From NCBI GenBank assembly GCA_009103225.1, contig RHPI01001616.1:61444-125443 (forward strand): 64,000 nt of DNA. The letters run 5' to 3'. The position numbers were made by a program, and so were the translations under genes. Source of the stretch: Chlorokybus atmophyticus (Eukaryota > Plantae > Mesostigma and Chlorokybus algae). The notes below the pieces were generated by a model. That model was not told where the DNA came from, searched no databases, and saw only the letters and a program-made list of their open reading frames with translations. Shown piece after piece: positions 25,905 to 39,478 of this stretch (positions are counted from its first letter, which is position 1; each line of letters opens with the position of its first letter).

Positions 25905-27426
25905 ACGAGATGCTTGACAAGGATGCGAGCTCAACCTCACCAGGATGAGGACTGCTTCCAGCTCTGGGACCTCCACCAAAGAAGCAATGTTTGTTGAGTG
26001 AATAGCGCTTGCAAGTGTGAGGGCAACAACCCTCTTGTAATGTTGGAAGAACGGCAACATTGGATGCGTGACTTTCCAACATGGCATGTCGCCATCATGG
26101 TCACACAGCTTTATTTAACCATCCCGGTCGCAGGTGCCGGATGAAGTTGTCGAGCAGTGCACAGCATGCCATGCACCCTTTACCGCGTTTACGGCGCAAG
26201 GTGAGCAGAGTCCCTCGCCTGAGATATATTAATAATGTGACAAATTATATTGCAGATTGGATTGAAGGTCACTCATAAACTGTGCACTGCCTGTTGCATC
26301 CTACAGCATCATGCCAATTGCCATTGCTGTGAAGACAAGAAAAGGGCAAGTGGAAGTCTTCGCGGACAATGGGGTCAACACTTTTGTCCGTGTATGCAAC
26401 AATTGTCAAGTGAGTTCCCATTCCGAGTGGTCCTGCTCTGTTGATTTGTTTATCTCCGCCCTCAGCACATTCGGCCTTCCACATGCTAAGGGTTCACATA
26501 ATTGCAGCATAACTGCAGCCATCACTTTTAAACATGCCTACTGGCAACACATGTATTCAGTTGCTAAATGTTGCGCGCTGGTAATTGGCACAACATCCAC
26601 CTTGCCCCTATTACTGGGTGCTGTGCCGCAGCTGCTGTTGATGCTCATTGCATTGATGCTTAAAAAACGGTACATTGCTGTGCCGCGTGAACACAACAAG
26701 TAGTGCAAGCATATTGGAATAACACGAGTAGCGGTTATTGGTTTAATGCATGCAAAGATTGCAGCTGTTGGTTGAACACTCTGCAAATCCGTGGCCACGG
26801 CCACCAGCACGCCTCCAGCTTCCAACTGCCAAAAACTTTTATTGTTTCGACATAAAGACTTGATCAAGACGCTACAGGTTGGACCATTGTTCAGCTTCCG
26901 TTTTTGTGCCAGAAGCTGCTTGTCACGTCATGTCTTTTTGAAGCATCCTGCTGTAGCAAGTATGTTGTTATGCATCTTGCCCACAACAGCGTTATGGTAG
27001 ACTGAGCAAAAGCTGCTGCAGCTTCAGTAAGTAAGCCAGACAACTTTGTGAGTATCAACAGCTGCGGAGGGCATACAAGCCAGCTAGCAGGTGTCAGTCA
27101 CACGCGCACGAACTCTGCGCCAGTGTCTCACTCTAGTCCCCACACGGCGGGTCTCCGCATATGTAGCCTTCAGTCCCTCCCATGCAGTATACACCTTCTT
27201 TCGTCCCAGCTGCGCCCCGCATGCAGGAAGTGTTGTGCCCTACGTGCCATGTCCGTCTACAGGAGTTTGGTTACCAAGATCAAACTTCGTGATCAACGTG
27301 GCAGCATGTGAACACCTTTGTTAAGTTCTGCTTTGCATTATTCAAATACAAGTGCCACCTCCTTGGCAGGATTCTATTGTAGAGTGTGGTGTGTGCCACA
27401 ATCTGTTCTTTATTGTTGCTGGGTAG
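25905..27426 (+). pseudogene. FREE1/FYVE1 pseudogene (3' half, introns retained)
   Basis: Collinear with 47.9-49.37 kb (EGNNPL..EERQHW, PDEVVEQC, RVCNNCQ, EVLCPTC, VECGVCHN). TGG>TGA at FVE*I, and the IFCDAC coding segment is deleted. Confidence 0.88.
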
Positions 27427-29235
27427 GATGCCGGGCCCCGATCCAAAACTAGCTGAACATTGACACCATCTTTCCTGCAAGCCTTCAATGCAAGCACCAA
27501 TACGCGTTGGTTGGCATAATTACAACCGCACACGTGTACATAAATGAGTGCATTAGTGTAACGATACCACTCACTTACTTGCTGGGCGGCTTGGCAAACT
27601 TATGCACAAGCACAAGGACTTACTACTGGAAGCGCTACCAGCGTCACTGGTGCAGTACCTTGCAGAGGAAGTCACAGCACCGCACCAACGAAGGAGAGGA
27701 TGACACCAACCTCTCTACTCAGCTCCCACACACTCACACACTCAAGCACACCTCACACACATGTGCAAAGCTGCCACGGACATCACACCCCACATGGGAT
27801 GAGAGGGAGAGCCCCTTGAACAACTAAACTAGGTACCCCACACACAAAAGTCTAGTATGCACATGCTGAGCGGCCTCAACACATGTTGAGGCCGTTCATA
27901 TACCCTTTCTTTGCCGCTCTCCGACCTAGAACATCCAAGTCCAAGGCTACATGCCTTGTCATGGCTGCGTTGACCACAACTCATGTCTAGGGCTGCCACA
28001 TCAGCCCTTGGACCTCTTTCAACGCCCAAGACTGATCACACATCAGCCTCGGACATTGTAAACGTCCCTAGGCTGGTCACATCAGCCTAGGACATCACAC
28101 ACATCATCCTTGGACGTTGTGAACGTCCTTGGCTGGTCACATCAGCCTAGGACATCATACTCATGCATACATATGCATCCTTATGCATGCATATGCGCGC
28201 ATATGCACACATATGCGCATGAATGCATATACATGCATACATCTAGTACATACCTCTCATGCACGCATATGCACTCGTATGTGTACATGTGCACACATAT
28301 GCAAACACATGCATACACATGCGGACATATGCACACATATGTCTCGGTACATCACATGATGTCTCATCGGCTATGATCAGCCCTGTGCTTGCCATCATGC
28401 CTTGTGTAGTTCATCATGCTCAAGGCCGCACAGGCTCTAGAGCAGACCTACATGAGAGCACACCCACAAGCACTACACACGCTTGCGTAGTGTGGGTCCC
28501 CACTTGGTCTCATCTTACTTACCACATAAGTAAGGGACAGAGAATGACTTTTGCCTGCCCTGTGGGCGTGACAATAAGTGCATGACATGACTACATGCCA
28601 CAGTGATTGCATGCTCACGTGCGTATCAAGTGGTAACGGCCTTATGCCGAGGTCGCGTGGCTGACTAGATACAACTCACAACGGCTGCTCTATTCGCACT
28701 GGCTGCACTGCACCCCCCTGCATACGCAGCATCGGTCTTACCACAACTGCATGAGACCTGATACATGGGCCACGCCGCCATTGCAGGCTACCATTTGCAC
28801 AGCTCTGCAAGCATCCCCACCCTCCACCCCGCCTAGCCTGCGCTTGCTGCTGCTGCTACGCTTAGTCCATAAGCAAGTTGCCTTTCCCTACCTGCCAAGC
28901 CTTCTTTTAAGGTAAGTTACCAGTACCGCCTGTTGCACAGGTCCTTGCCCCTTTGTGCCCCACCCCTTGCCTGCCTGCCTGGTTGCTGCCTTACCTCCGC
29001 CCCATTGCATAGCACTTAGCTACCACACATAGTTAGTGGCATGCCCCCTTGTCATTGATGAGCCCTGCATGTGCACTGAGACTGTGACCGTGTGCATGTT
29101 GTGTGTGCATGTGTGTGCCACTTGCCTTGCTATCAGAAAGCCTTTACAAGTAGTAGTAACCGTGCCACACATGCATGCATCATCAAATGTTTGTACATTC
29201 ATTATCAGCATAGCGCGCTACACAGCCCGTTTGGG

Positions 29236-29420
29236 CAGGTAATGACGAACGTGTGCATGTACATGCATGTCTTAAGGGAAGGGCTAGAAGGTGTAGCTTA
29301 GTGCCGTAGATTAGCCCGGTGGTGACAACGGTGAGATGTATATCAGAGTGCAAGCGATGCTTGAGTAATGTGCATATGTATATAGAGCTATCACATATGT
29401 GCATATAGCATGCGTGTGCA
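29236..29420 (+). mobile_element. Solo PLE 3' module
   Basis: CAGGTA (29236) ... cttaagggaagggctag ... TAGCCCGGTGGTG (29312); right boundary approximate. Confidence 0.55.
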
Positions 29421-29610
29421 CAGAAGCACACAATATCATGTACACATTCATGTACATACATATATACAACCCAATATACACATATATGGTAGTGTAATGA
29501 AAGGGGCCACAAAGCACAGACATAGACACAGGCAAGGTAGCATAGTACATATGTAGATAGCGCTATCACTACCACCCACCACACACACTATATACCACGA
29601 TTCCACACCA

Positions 29611-31375
29611 AGATCTGTTGAATCGAATGACCGAGCTGGTGGAGGCGAGCTTCGACTACAAGCGGAGACAAGACAGGACCACGCACCTCCACCTCACAGT
29701 CCAACCGGACGGCACAGTACTGCATAGGCGGACAGCTGCAGCAACATACCGCGTGGATGATGATCGCATGTGGAGGACGTTCACGCCGCCGACGCTGTAC
29801 ACGATGCTGCAGTTCCTGTTGAACAATCTGTACCTGCACATTGCTAGTGACGAACTATACAGACAAACAGTAGGAATACCTATGGCAACAATGCCGGCGC
29901 ACATCTAGCCAATGGCTACTTGCTGTCGCACGAGAGACGGTTCGCACGCGGTTTGCGTGACATCATGTCACGCAAACCGCACATGTCTCCTATGATAGGA
30001 GACATGTCCCTGCTGACGGCCTGTGCAAGAGGAGTGCGCTACATAGACAACCTGTTTGTGGCGGACATGCCGGATTTTGCAGCGGAGCTGTACATGGGAA
30101 GTGACGTACCAGGGGGAGGCCTGTACCCAAGGCATGCACTCACAGTGACATGTACAGCTGCGGGCACATCGGTGCCATTTCTGGACTTGATGGTTTTCCA
30201 AACAGCGGACGGAATCTGCACCAAGTTGTACAGCAAGCAAGATTTGCCGGAGTACAACGACATCAGACGACATAGGGCGCCGCTACCGGAGTCCAATGCG
30301 CCTCGGAGTGTCAAGTTGGGAGTGGTGGAATCGCGGTACGTGCGGTTCATCCGCGTGTGCACGTATCGCACTCATTTCATCAACGCTATCACAGACATGC
30401 TCACAGCGATGCAGTCGGAGGGCCACTCTTTGAAACGGATGTTGGCGACGCTGCGGCAGCGCATGATGCGCAACAACACGTATGCGTACTGCAACCCCCC
30501 GGCATTGTTGTACAAGATGGTGTACCTCGCTTTGCAGAAACACCGGCGCGCAAAGGCGACCATCGCAAACACCACGTCAGCGGGACCAGACAACGAAGGC
30601 TGCTTGGTAACGCAGCCTGCCCGTGCAACGAACACAGCCGTCCAACCCCACCACCCAACCCCACCAGCACCACCTAACTGCCAGCGCTACACAGTGCAGT
30701 GCCCTAGTGCCACAGTGCAGCACTGCATGCCAGCCTGCAGAACGAGAGGCAGGGCAGAGGGGCGGGGCAGAGGGGCCTTGCCAGATCAGCGGCGACAAGG
30801 GTTTGCAGTCGAGGCGACGGCACAATGACAGCACGAGGAGGAGGGGGAGGCGGAGGAGAGAGAACAGGCGGAGCGGGGGACGAAGAAGTAGGGAAGCAGG
30901 GGGAGGGACAGACGGAGAGGGAGAGAGGGAGGGAGACTGTGGAAAAGGGGGGGAGAGGGAGTGTGCTGCATGCTGCCTGCTGCTGTTACGCTGCACCTGG
31001 ACTACCGTGGTTGACGCTGCTGCTCGTGTGTTGCACAGGTAATTAACCAACAATACGCATGTATGCATGCCTAACGGGGAGGTCTAGAGTAGGGTAGTGT
31101 GGTAGGTAAACAGGCAGTCAATATAGCCCGGTGGTGGTGTATGTGACTGTGTTTGCATGCTGGTTGGTATGCTATGCTGTTGTGACGTCATGCATGTCGC
31201 CAATTGTCTCGCGCATATCCTGTACACAATCACCCGCATCCACCATGCACATCTCACTGGCCATGCCGCACAGCACAGTGGTGGTGATGACGTGAATGTT
31301 GTGAATGCTGCTTGGTGCTATGCATGTGTTGTGCATGGCAAAATCCTCCATCGCATTTTTATATTTTAATACAGT
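29611..31375 (+). mobile_element. 5'-truncated Penelope-like retroelement (RT core, thumb, 3' UTR); inactivated
   Basis: LYTMLQFLLNNLYL...YRQTVGIPM, then a 1-nt frameshift into NNAGAHLANGYL...RYIDN...VPFLDL...TKLYSK...GVVESRYVRFIRVC. The GIPMG, YIDD-like, FLDL and thumb motifs are typical of PLE RTs. No C-terminal endonuclease is seen. Flanked by CACACCA at 29604-29610 and 31376-31382. Confidence 0.85.
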
Positions 31376-32090
31376 CACACCAGCGAGTCCAAGCCAAGCA
31401 TAATTGGGTGCTGGCTGCTTGAGTTGATTGAGCTATGTTGTGTTTGATGTGCCTTGTGTCGTGCAACAGTAATCCACCTCTGGCATTGAAGCATTCTCAT
31501 GTGTAGTCGGGTCGATCGTGTTTATAAAGAATGCCGTGCGGTGTTGTGATGATGAGGCAACGCATGTTTGCATGAATAATCTCGAACAGGCTGCGCTCGA
31601 TTGCACATTATTACCGTATTTGCTATTCTGCTTGTGCAACCACTAGCACTGGACTGTATGAGAAAAGTGTGCTTAAGTCCAGTTTCTCACAATGCTTGCT
31701 ACACCAATCCACGCCAATACACTTTCCAACGATACATTGGGACTGCTTACTCGGCGAGTAATACTTGCACACTTGCATTTCAGTTGGACAACATGTGCAC
31801 AAACATACAGTTATGAAGAGTAGGTTGCATACCTCGCACTATTCAGCTACTACTGCTGACAGAAACAGCCTGCTATGTCATGTCTGAAGCGCTGCTTTTG
31901 CTTGCCGGCCCGCTATGGGTTAAGGCAGACAGCATCGATGCTCCGGGTGCAGGCACATGAGATTGTATGCGTCACACATGACTGTGTAAGATCTGTTTGC
32001 ACTTATAGCGTGCAGGACTGGATTGTACAGCTGCTTCAGGTATAACAAAGCACAGGGGACTAACCATCCAAACCGTTCAAGCTGCATTTG

Positions 32091-35000
32091 TCACAAGCTG
32101 CGCACAAGAGCCCTAAACTCGTCTTTACACTGCACAAATGATGCATACCGCTTCGCCAGGTCGTCGCGCTCAGCCGTAAGCGCTTCCACAGCCGGTCCCG
32201 TCGAGTACATGTCCATGAAGTGCTCGTCGCTGCAAGCGAAAAGCTTCATCGCGACCGCTGAGTGCATGCGCGTGCGGCTGAGGAGCAGATGAGAAGCTTG
32301 TCAGTACACAGATTATACAAAATGCTGAGGTTCTTGACTGCAGACAAGTTCAAACTGTGTACAGCATGCACATATTGTGCACTAACCATTGCTCAAGGAA
32401 GCCTGCTTTGAGTGTGGCTGGCACTGCCCTCTGCACTACTGCCTCGCGGATCCTTGCAAACTGTTGCCCAGCACTATTGCACACCTGAAAGGAACAACAA
32501 CACGGCAACACGGTGTTAGCGAGACCTTTGTCGCATGTGGCAGGTTGCAACTATGCCATGCGGGCATATGCACCTCATGGTATCGCCCATGCTTTGCTGC
32601 CTTGTGGGGAATGTTGCGAGCGGTTAGATTAGAGTCCTTCATAGGCGATGGGATTCCCCTGTTGGCAGTCACATACTCTCTCCTGCGGCACATTATGCCG
32701 TTATGGCAAACATGTGCAAAAGTTCTCACTGGTGAAGGCACTGAAAAGTTGTAAGGGAGGCAAACAGCAACTACACAACACCGACAGCACTCAACCCAGT
32801 GTGGGGAGTGAGGCGATGCAACTATCACCTGCGAGCAATTGCGCTGTCCTGGTCGGCTTCTGGAGATGGAGTCTCAGGTACAGTCAGCTGACTTTCTCGC
32901 AGAGGCTGCCGCGGTGCTGCTGGACTTTGAGCAAGCCTGGAGCTGGCATGCATACCAATTGTAAGCGCAACACAACCTTGATGCATCAACTATGTTGTAC
33001 CGTTCCCGCTTATGCACTGCCTGCTATACTCACAAAAGCTTGATGCCATGGATGGCATGCATTCGTACTTGTGTTGTGCAGGGACGTCGTTTTCAAGGTC
33101 CTCCTGGTCGAGGGCTTGCCAGCCAGCCGAGTGTGCTGAGAATGGAGCAAACTCTTCATACGTGGGAGCAAAAGCGCTCGTGGCGGTGTCCAGATGATGG
33201 TGGGCCATGTCCTTGCATTGCGCAGCCAGCTCGGATACAAACTTTTCATAGGCACGCCTGAGCTCGGCCTTGAAAGCAATGGATAGCCCCAGTGCCGCCC
33301 CCTGCTCCTTGAGTAACATCCAACATGTTGATGTCTGGCACACGCAAGCACGCGCATGCGCGAGCACGCAGTCTGACAAGCACACGCACGCACGCTGAAT
33401 GTACCAGACTGCCGCCCTTCATAGCATACCCATACCTGAAATCTTTGCAACGCCAGGTCAAAGAGGCGACTGAGAATGTACGCGAGGCGATCGCAGGCAG
33501 TGCTGAGCATGGGTGCCAGCCAAGCACGCGCCGTTGACCTGGCAATCTCAGCACCAACGCCGGCTATACTGGACCCTCTGCCTGATTGCGCAAGGAGTAC
33601 GTTTGCAACCTGGCAGTATGCAGTGTTAATGAAGCATACATAACAAGCTACTTACACAGCTTATAGAGGACCTATGTTCTCGGAACAAACGTTGAGTCAA
33701 TATGGGTGCCGTATGCAAGCAATTGCTACCTTCTCTCTGGACAGAGATGGGAACTCCATTGAGCATGCAGCAACATGAAACTCCGCAATCAAGCGCTCAA
33801 ACGCAGCACCCCCATACAACCGCAGCTTTGCATTCGGCGGCCGCACAGCTGCCACAAAGCAGTAGTTAGAGGCAATGGCCATGACAATTAAACCAACAAA
33901 ACACCTTACATTACTTGAACATGGACACAGTTTCAAACTGGAAGACAAAGTGCTTTGCGATAGTGTACCTGTAGAGGTGCCAGGCCACTGTGCAGCTCCA
34001 CTCACTGCCCGTTCTTCATCCGTGCTTTGGCCATATTCACTTGGATCCGGGTCAGTTGCTCCATCCAACAGTGCGATGATGTGATGTGTCAAAGTTGTCG
34101 CATACTCCATGGCACTACGCCTGACTGATGCAACATCGCCGGCTGCGAGGAGTCGAGCTTCTAGTGAGGCCAGCTGGTCTCTGAGGCTCGCGCAGCGCTC
34201 TTCAAGTTTGGACAATGTTGCGGGTGCGGCCTCGCGATACCGCCGCTGCAACTCGGACTCCAGAAACGACTTGAGCGCGTGGAATCCAACACGCCCTTCA
34301 TACTTCTCCTCATCGAACCCACCCTCTATGTCTTGGCGCAGATGTCTCAGCACCTGTAATTGCACAAACTCCCTTCATGGTGCAAAGTAGTTTGACAACT
34401 GGTACTGATTATTGGCGTATTCAATGCTGTGGAATAGTGGTGAGATTGGGCGACGCAGGCTCAAGCAGCGACAATTGAGAGCGTTTACCTCATCATCCAC
34501 TGCAACAAGTTGCCGTCGAAACTCATCATTAGACGAGATGGTTTTGTCTTTGGGCAAAGCCACAAAGAAAGGTTTTGCGTTGTCTCCAAGGTAGCCGCTG
34601 GCGCTGAGGTACTTGTCAACCTCCCATCGAGCTGAAAACTCTTTGAGACGGTTGTCAAACTTAGATGCAACAACCACTGTCCGCTTAAAGCCCGGGTCAA
34701 TTTCCTGGCACACGCACGCAGCCACTTGTCACTACTTGCAGCAACAGTCAGACAACTGCATTGTTCATGCAGTGCAAACATGCAATGTGGTGACGTTGGA
34801 AGCTTCGCACAACAACAATACTTGCATGAAGATGGTTACCTGTACAACATGCAGCCATAGTGAAGAGCACCACTCCACTGATGACTGCTGCAGGAACAAG
34901 ATCAGCCGGTGCTGAGGGGCTGCCAGCTGTTTCACCATCTTCATAATGGCGTCGGGTGTGTCTTCGGCCTCCCCCTGCCTAGCCTTCAAGATGAAGCCGG

Positions 35001-35775
35001 GGGTATCAATGATAGTGAGGTTCGGGCTGTAGGCATACTCTGCCCGCATCACAATCGGCTTTGAGGACACTGCTGAGCCAACAATACGCAAATGCGCCTC
35101 CGTGCGCTCCTTGATGGCATCTGCTATGGCCGTAACGGGCTGTATAACAGGCCCATAATCCTCTGAGTCTTCATTCTGTAGGCGACACCGCGGATGGATG
35201 GCTGTTTCATCATGCGCCATCTGAAGTATAAGCGGCCGCCTTGTACCCATCTCGACCTCTCGCACATTGAATCTGAATGCAAGTGTGCTTATTGATAGAA
35301 GCTTAGACAACAAGATTGTTCAGGAAGGCAAGGAAGCTTCTACATGCAGCTCGGCTCTGTGCGTACGTGTGGGTGTGTACATGTGTGCATGTGTGCGCGA
35401 TGCACGATGATGACGATAATGATTGGGATGATGAGAAGATGAAGCGCTACCCCCTGACGAGCCTACCTGAAACCAAGCAACGCTTCAAGCAAGCTGGACT
35501 TGCCGTCGCTCTGGCCGCCAATGGCCACAATCTCAGGCATCTCAATGCCTTCCCCGAGCGCAACTGCTGAGGCCTGCACCCAGAGAGAAGAGCGCACACA
35601 CAAACTCAGCATAATCAACCTGCCGGTGCAGCAACAGGCGGAAACCCACAACACTGCTTGCTCTTCGTGCCTGCAGCCTCGCAAAAGCCTGGTACCGCCT
35701 GCAAGCAGCCTCATCGTCCGTCGCCAATGCACCCGAGGCAGCACCCGTCATCCCAAAGCCTCCGCCCCTGTCCAT
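32091..35775 (-). CDS. DRP5A: Dynamin-related protein 5A
   Basis: MDRGGGFG...RRYQAFARLQ | ASAVALGEGIEMPEIVAIGGQSDGKSSLLEALLGFR | FNVREVEMGTRRPLILQM...NLTIIDTPGFILK...LQQSSVEWCSSLWL | ...SKFDNRLKEF... | ...LYGGAAFER... | ...DEHFMDMYS...EFRALVRSL*. Confidence 0.95.
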
Positions 35776-36337
35776 GACCACAGCCACACCCACACCGCCG
35801 CCGCCAACACCGCCGCCGCTACTACGGGCTTTAGGGTTTGAATAAAAGGCGCGAAAACCACACAACGGGCACCTGTGCCTGTTCCACCGATTCTATGTTT
35901 TTGCTCCAGATCTTAAAGCTCGTCCAGTACGTCGCGGTGTCACGTTGGACTGGCCCTGCCGAAATCTCTGCCATGAGTCAGCCTGATGCGGCGCGGCATG
36001 CAGGCGACTTTGGTTTAGTGGGCGGCGGGGTAAACCAGGAGGTGGTGCTTAGCCTTGGCAGTGTGGTTTGGGTTGGTGGCGTTATTGCAGAGTTGGCATG
36101 TCGGTGGTCTAAGTGATTCACGTGGGATTTTGTTTGACTGTGGCTATTCTACGAGTTGCCAGTTTGCAAGGAGCGAGCAGCATGCTCTGTTAGGGTTTGT
36201 TCTGTTGGTGGTTGGTGATTGTGCAAACTGGCGTGCACAAAACTGGTGTGCACAGCTGAAGCTGTGAATGCGGTTGTGATGGTTTGGTAGTCGACAGCTG
36301 TTCTGGCTGCTGTTGGTCGGCAATTGCTGTGTTAATC

Positions 36338-38253
36338 ATGGCTGAGCAGACTGGTGAGCGTAACCTTGAGGAAGAGGTTGCCCGCCTCACGGCCGAGCTA
36401 GAAAAGGAGCGCAAGCGCAGTGCCAGCTATGCCGAAGAGCTCAAGCGTGCCAAAGCTGCTAACCTTGACATTGTGAGTTGCTTGACTGATCTGACTGTCT
36501 TGCTTTGTGCAAGTCTGGCACTTGTCCGAGGCACGGTAGCTGTTATTTGTGCAACCTTATGTACGACCGACGGTGCATGTTTTGGTGTGCATGCAACCGA
36601 CCCAAATGGCTACTACTCCTGGCGCAAGGCCAATGTTACACGTGCACTGCCGTAGACCTTATTTGCATGTAATCATCTCCGTGAAAGCTTGCATTGGTTT
36701 AAACACAGCCGTCTCGGTCCGAAGCTGTATAAGACTCAAACTTCATTTGTTGCAGCAAATGCAAGTCGAGCAAGAGGAGGAGTACATCACCAATAAGTTG
36801 ATGAAGCGTTTGGGCGAGCTGAAGCACGAGAAGCAGACCTTGGCGAATGAGGTCGAGCAGGAAGAAGAGTTTCTCACTAACACACTGCAGAAGCGCTTGC
36901 AAAAGGTAGCAAAGCTGGAGTGGATTGACTGCTCACATGCATGCCTTAATCCATCCAACCAACTTGTGGTCGCATTGCAGCTAAATCGCGAGAAGGTTGA
37001 TTTGGAGAACCAGCTGGAAGCGGAGCAAGAGTACATTGTCAACAAGCTGCAGAAGAGGCTGAGTGAACTTGAAGCTGAGAAGCAGAAGCTGCACCATGAA
37101 AAGGTGGACCTAGAAAACCAGCTTGAAAAGGAGCAGGAGTACATTGTCAACCGCCTGCAGAAGCAGGTAGGAACCTCGTTTGCCTGCTGTGCCATCTTCA
37201 TGCAGCATGTGGCGTCAGCAGTTCAACCATCTTCAACAGGTTGCAGAGCTTGCATCAGAGAAGGCTAAATTGTCACGGGAGAAAGCAGAGTTGCACAAGC
37301 ACGTGGAGCTGCTTGCACAGGAGCGTTCAAAGCTAAACCAAGAAAAGGTGTGCTCATTGTCATCCACGTTATTGTGCGCTGGATCCAATCTATCTATTAG
37401 CAGTAGAACACAGGTTGTGACTACAACCTGTGTTCTACTGCAGGTGGACTTGGAAAACTCTCTGGAGCAGGAGGAAGAGTACATTGTAAATAAGATGCAG
37501 AAACAGATCGATGATCTCGTTATGGAGAAAAGGTGCGCAGTTGTGTTGATGTGTGTTTAAACTGTCGATGATGCAATGCGATGTGAGTGCTGTGTCACTT
37601 GGCCGATGGTGGCAGCACTGCAGAAGTGCTAAGACGACACCGTTGCAGGGCCCTTGAGCGCAAGTTGGAGCTGCTGTCTACATCAGATGATGACAGTGAA
37701 GCTGAGAGGTAGATATGGCATTTTTCACCAATTCAGTGTGGAAGAGGTTGAGCTGCGTTGAGGTTAATGTTAGGGTTAGGGTTAGGGTTCATGATGTGAG
37801 CTTGTCATTGATCCATTGCACCGCAGGAGAGGGCAAGCCACTGCGCACTTAGCAGCACGCCTGAACCCAGCGGTAGATCTGTACTCGCGCGAGCGTAGAT
37901 ATAGTGACGGGGAGAGGCCGCAGGTAGGCGCTTGCAACCAGTGCTGGGCATCATCGCCTGGTGTACTACTTACACGTCTTACTAACTCCTCATGATGTAT
38001 GCAGTACATTCGCGCGCAACGCTCGTACTCTATAGACGGTGCCAGGGTGAGCCCAACAGCACATTTTTCAACTTGATTTTGGCATGTTGCCCTTTCCTGC
38101 CAATTGTGCGTACAGTACTTGCGCTGAGTCTATTGCCAACTAGTTGTGGCCTGTTGTATCTGGCAGGATAGCCGATCTACCAGCAGGAGTCCAGTCTATT
38201 CCTCCAGCACCAGCCCAATCCTGCCTTCTGCAGCAACTCCCCCAAGCCGGTAG
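36338..38253 (+). CDS. CCDC6/H4(D10S170)-like coiled-coil protein (DUF2046-type repeats)
   Basis: Repeated EQEEEYITNKLMKRL / EQEEEFLTNTLQKRL / EAEQEYIVNKLQKRL / EQEEEYIVNKMQKQ units. Phase-consistent later exons give a Ser/Pro-rich tail ending TAG 38251-53; the unspliced alternative stop is at 37712. Confidence 0.85.
37770..37787 (+). repeat. Interstitial (TTAGGG)3
   Basis: Direct reading; inside a predicted intron of the CCDC6-like gene. Confidence 0.7.
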
Positions 38254-39478
38254 CGCTGTGGGCACAGCTGTTCTAGAGGAGTTGAACTGGCCAGCACCAT
38301 CACAGGAAGCAGCCTGTGTGCAGTGTGCGTGCGTGCTCTGTTTTGCAGAATTGCAATGTGAGGCGGATACGTTGTAGTCCTTGTTGTCGCTCTGTGAATG
38401 TTGTGAATAGTACTTGTGAAGTTGCAACGAGCGATGTTGTGCTCAAGCCTGTTCAATGACTGTGCGCTGCCAACATTGTTGTTTGGTAACTCGTTGCTTC
38501 TTCAAGGGCGTTTGCAGCAGGTCTCCCTTGTAGTTGTACATACATGTGGTGTATGAAGGCATGCAAGAAGTGTGTGCAGGCAGTCCGCCGGTGCTGTAAA
38601 ATTTGTTACAATCTTGCGGTGTTCTTAGAGGAAGTTGAGACATCAGCGTTGCTCAAGTGCTCATGCGCCTGGCTGGCAGGTGACTAAGCTTGCCATGCAT
38701 GCCTGATTAACAGGGGCGCAGTAGTGGTAAAGCTAGGTGTAGCGAGTAGCCAGCAGGCAAGCGTGTGGCTTAGCGCAGTGGTCAAGTCGGTGAGTTGCCA
38801 TTGTCGTTGGCTGTTGGCATGCTCATGCCGATTCTGGTATGTTTGCACAGGCAAAGACAGTTGCATGTGTTCCATCTACTCTGGAATTTTGTACATGTCC
38901 ATGCCACAAGGCAGCCTCCTCAACTTGGATAGTAACTGGGCAACAAGGTCGTCTCATGGAACCAGCACCTGTTGGTAGTTGCTCGTTGACCATAAATTTG
39001 TCGGTGTCATGGTTGCTGCTGGCTGTGTATTATTTAAAGATAATGCGCAACAGTATGGTACATGCATGGCCCCTGCTATTTTCAACAGCCATCAGTTGTA
39101 ACTCTATGTGGCAAGCAGTCCGCAACATGCAGAGTGACATAGCGCACGCAATTCACACCATTGTAAGGTTGACCATCGGGTTCACTCACTAGCTAACACT
39201 ACACTATCTCTACTACTGTGCTCAAGATGCTTGCTGCATGCACAACACGTGGGCAGTTGCACTCCGCGTTTCGGTACACTGTGAGTGCGGCTTACCTGGA
39301 ACAATAGTGGATGAAGCAAATTGGACAACACAGAGCTTGAAGACACATTGAATGGGAACTATCCGTTGGAACTATCGATGGTAATCTTACAACAACGAAC
39401 GTACAAGCATCAGCAGGCAAATCTCTTAACGCACTGGCTTGCTATTCGGCTGCCAGAGGAGCTGAACCATGCTCACTC

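Noticed and set aside
27987-28158. CRISPR-like appearance of the short hairpin repeats
   Set aside because: No unique spacers, irregular units, eukaryotic context, no cas genes.
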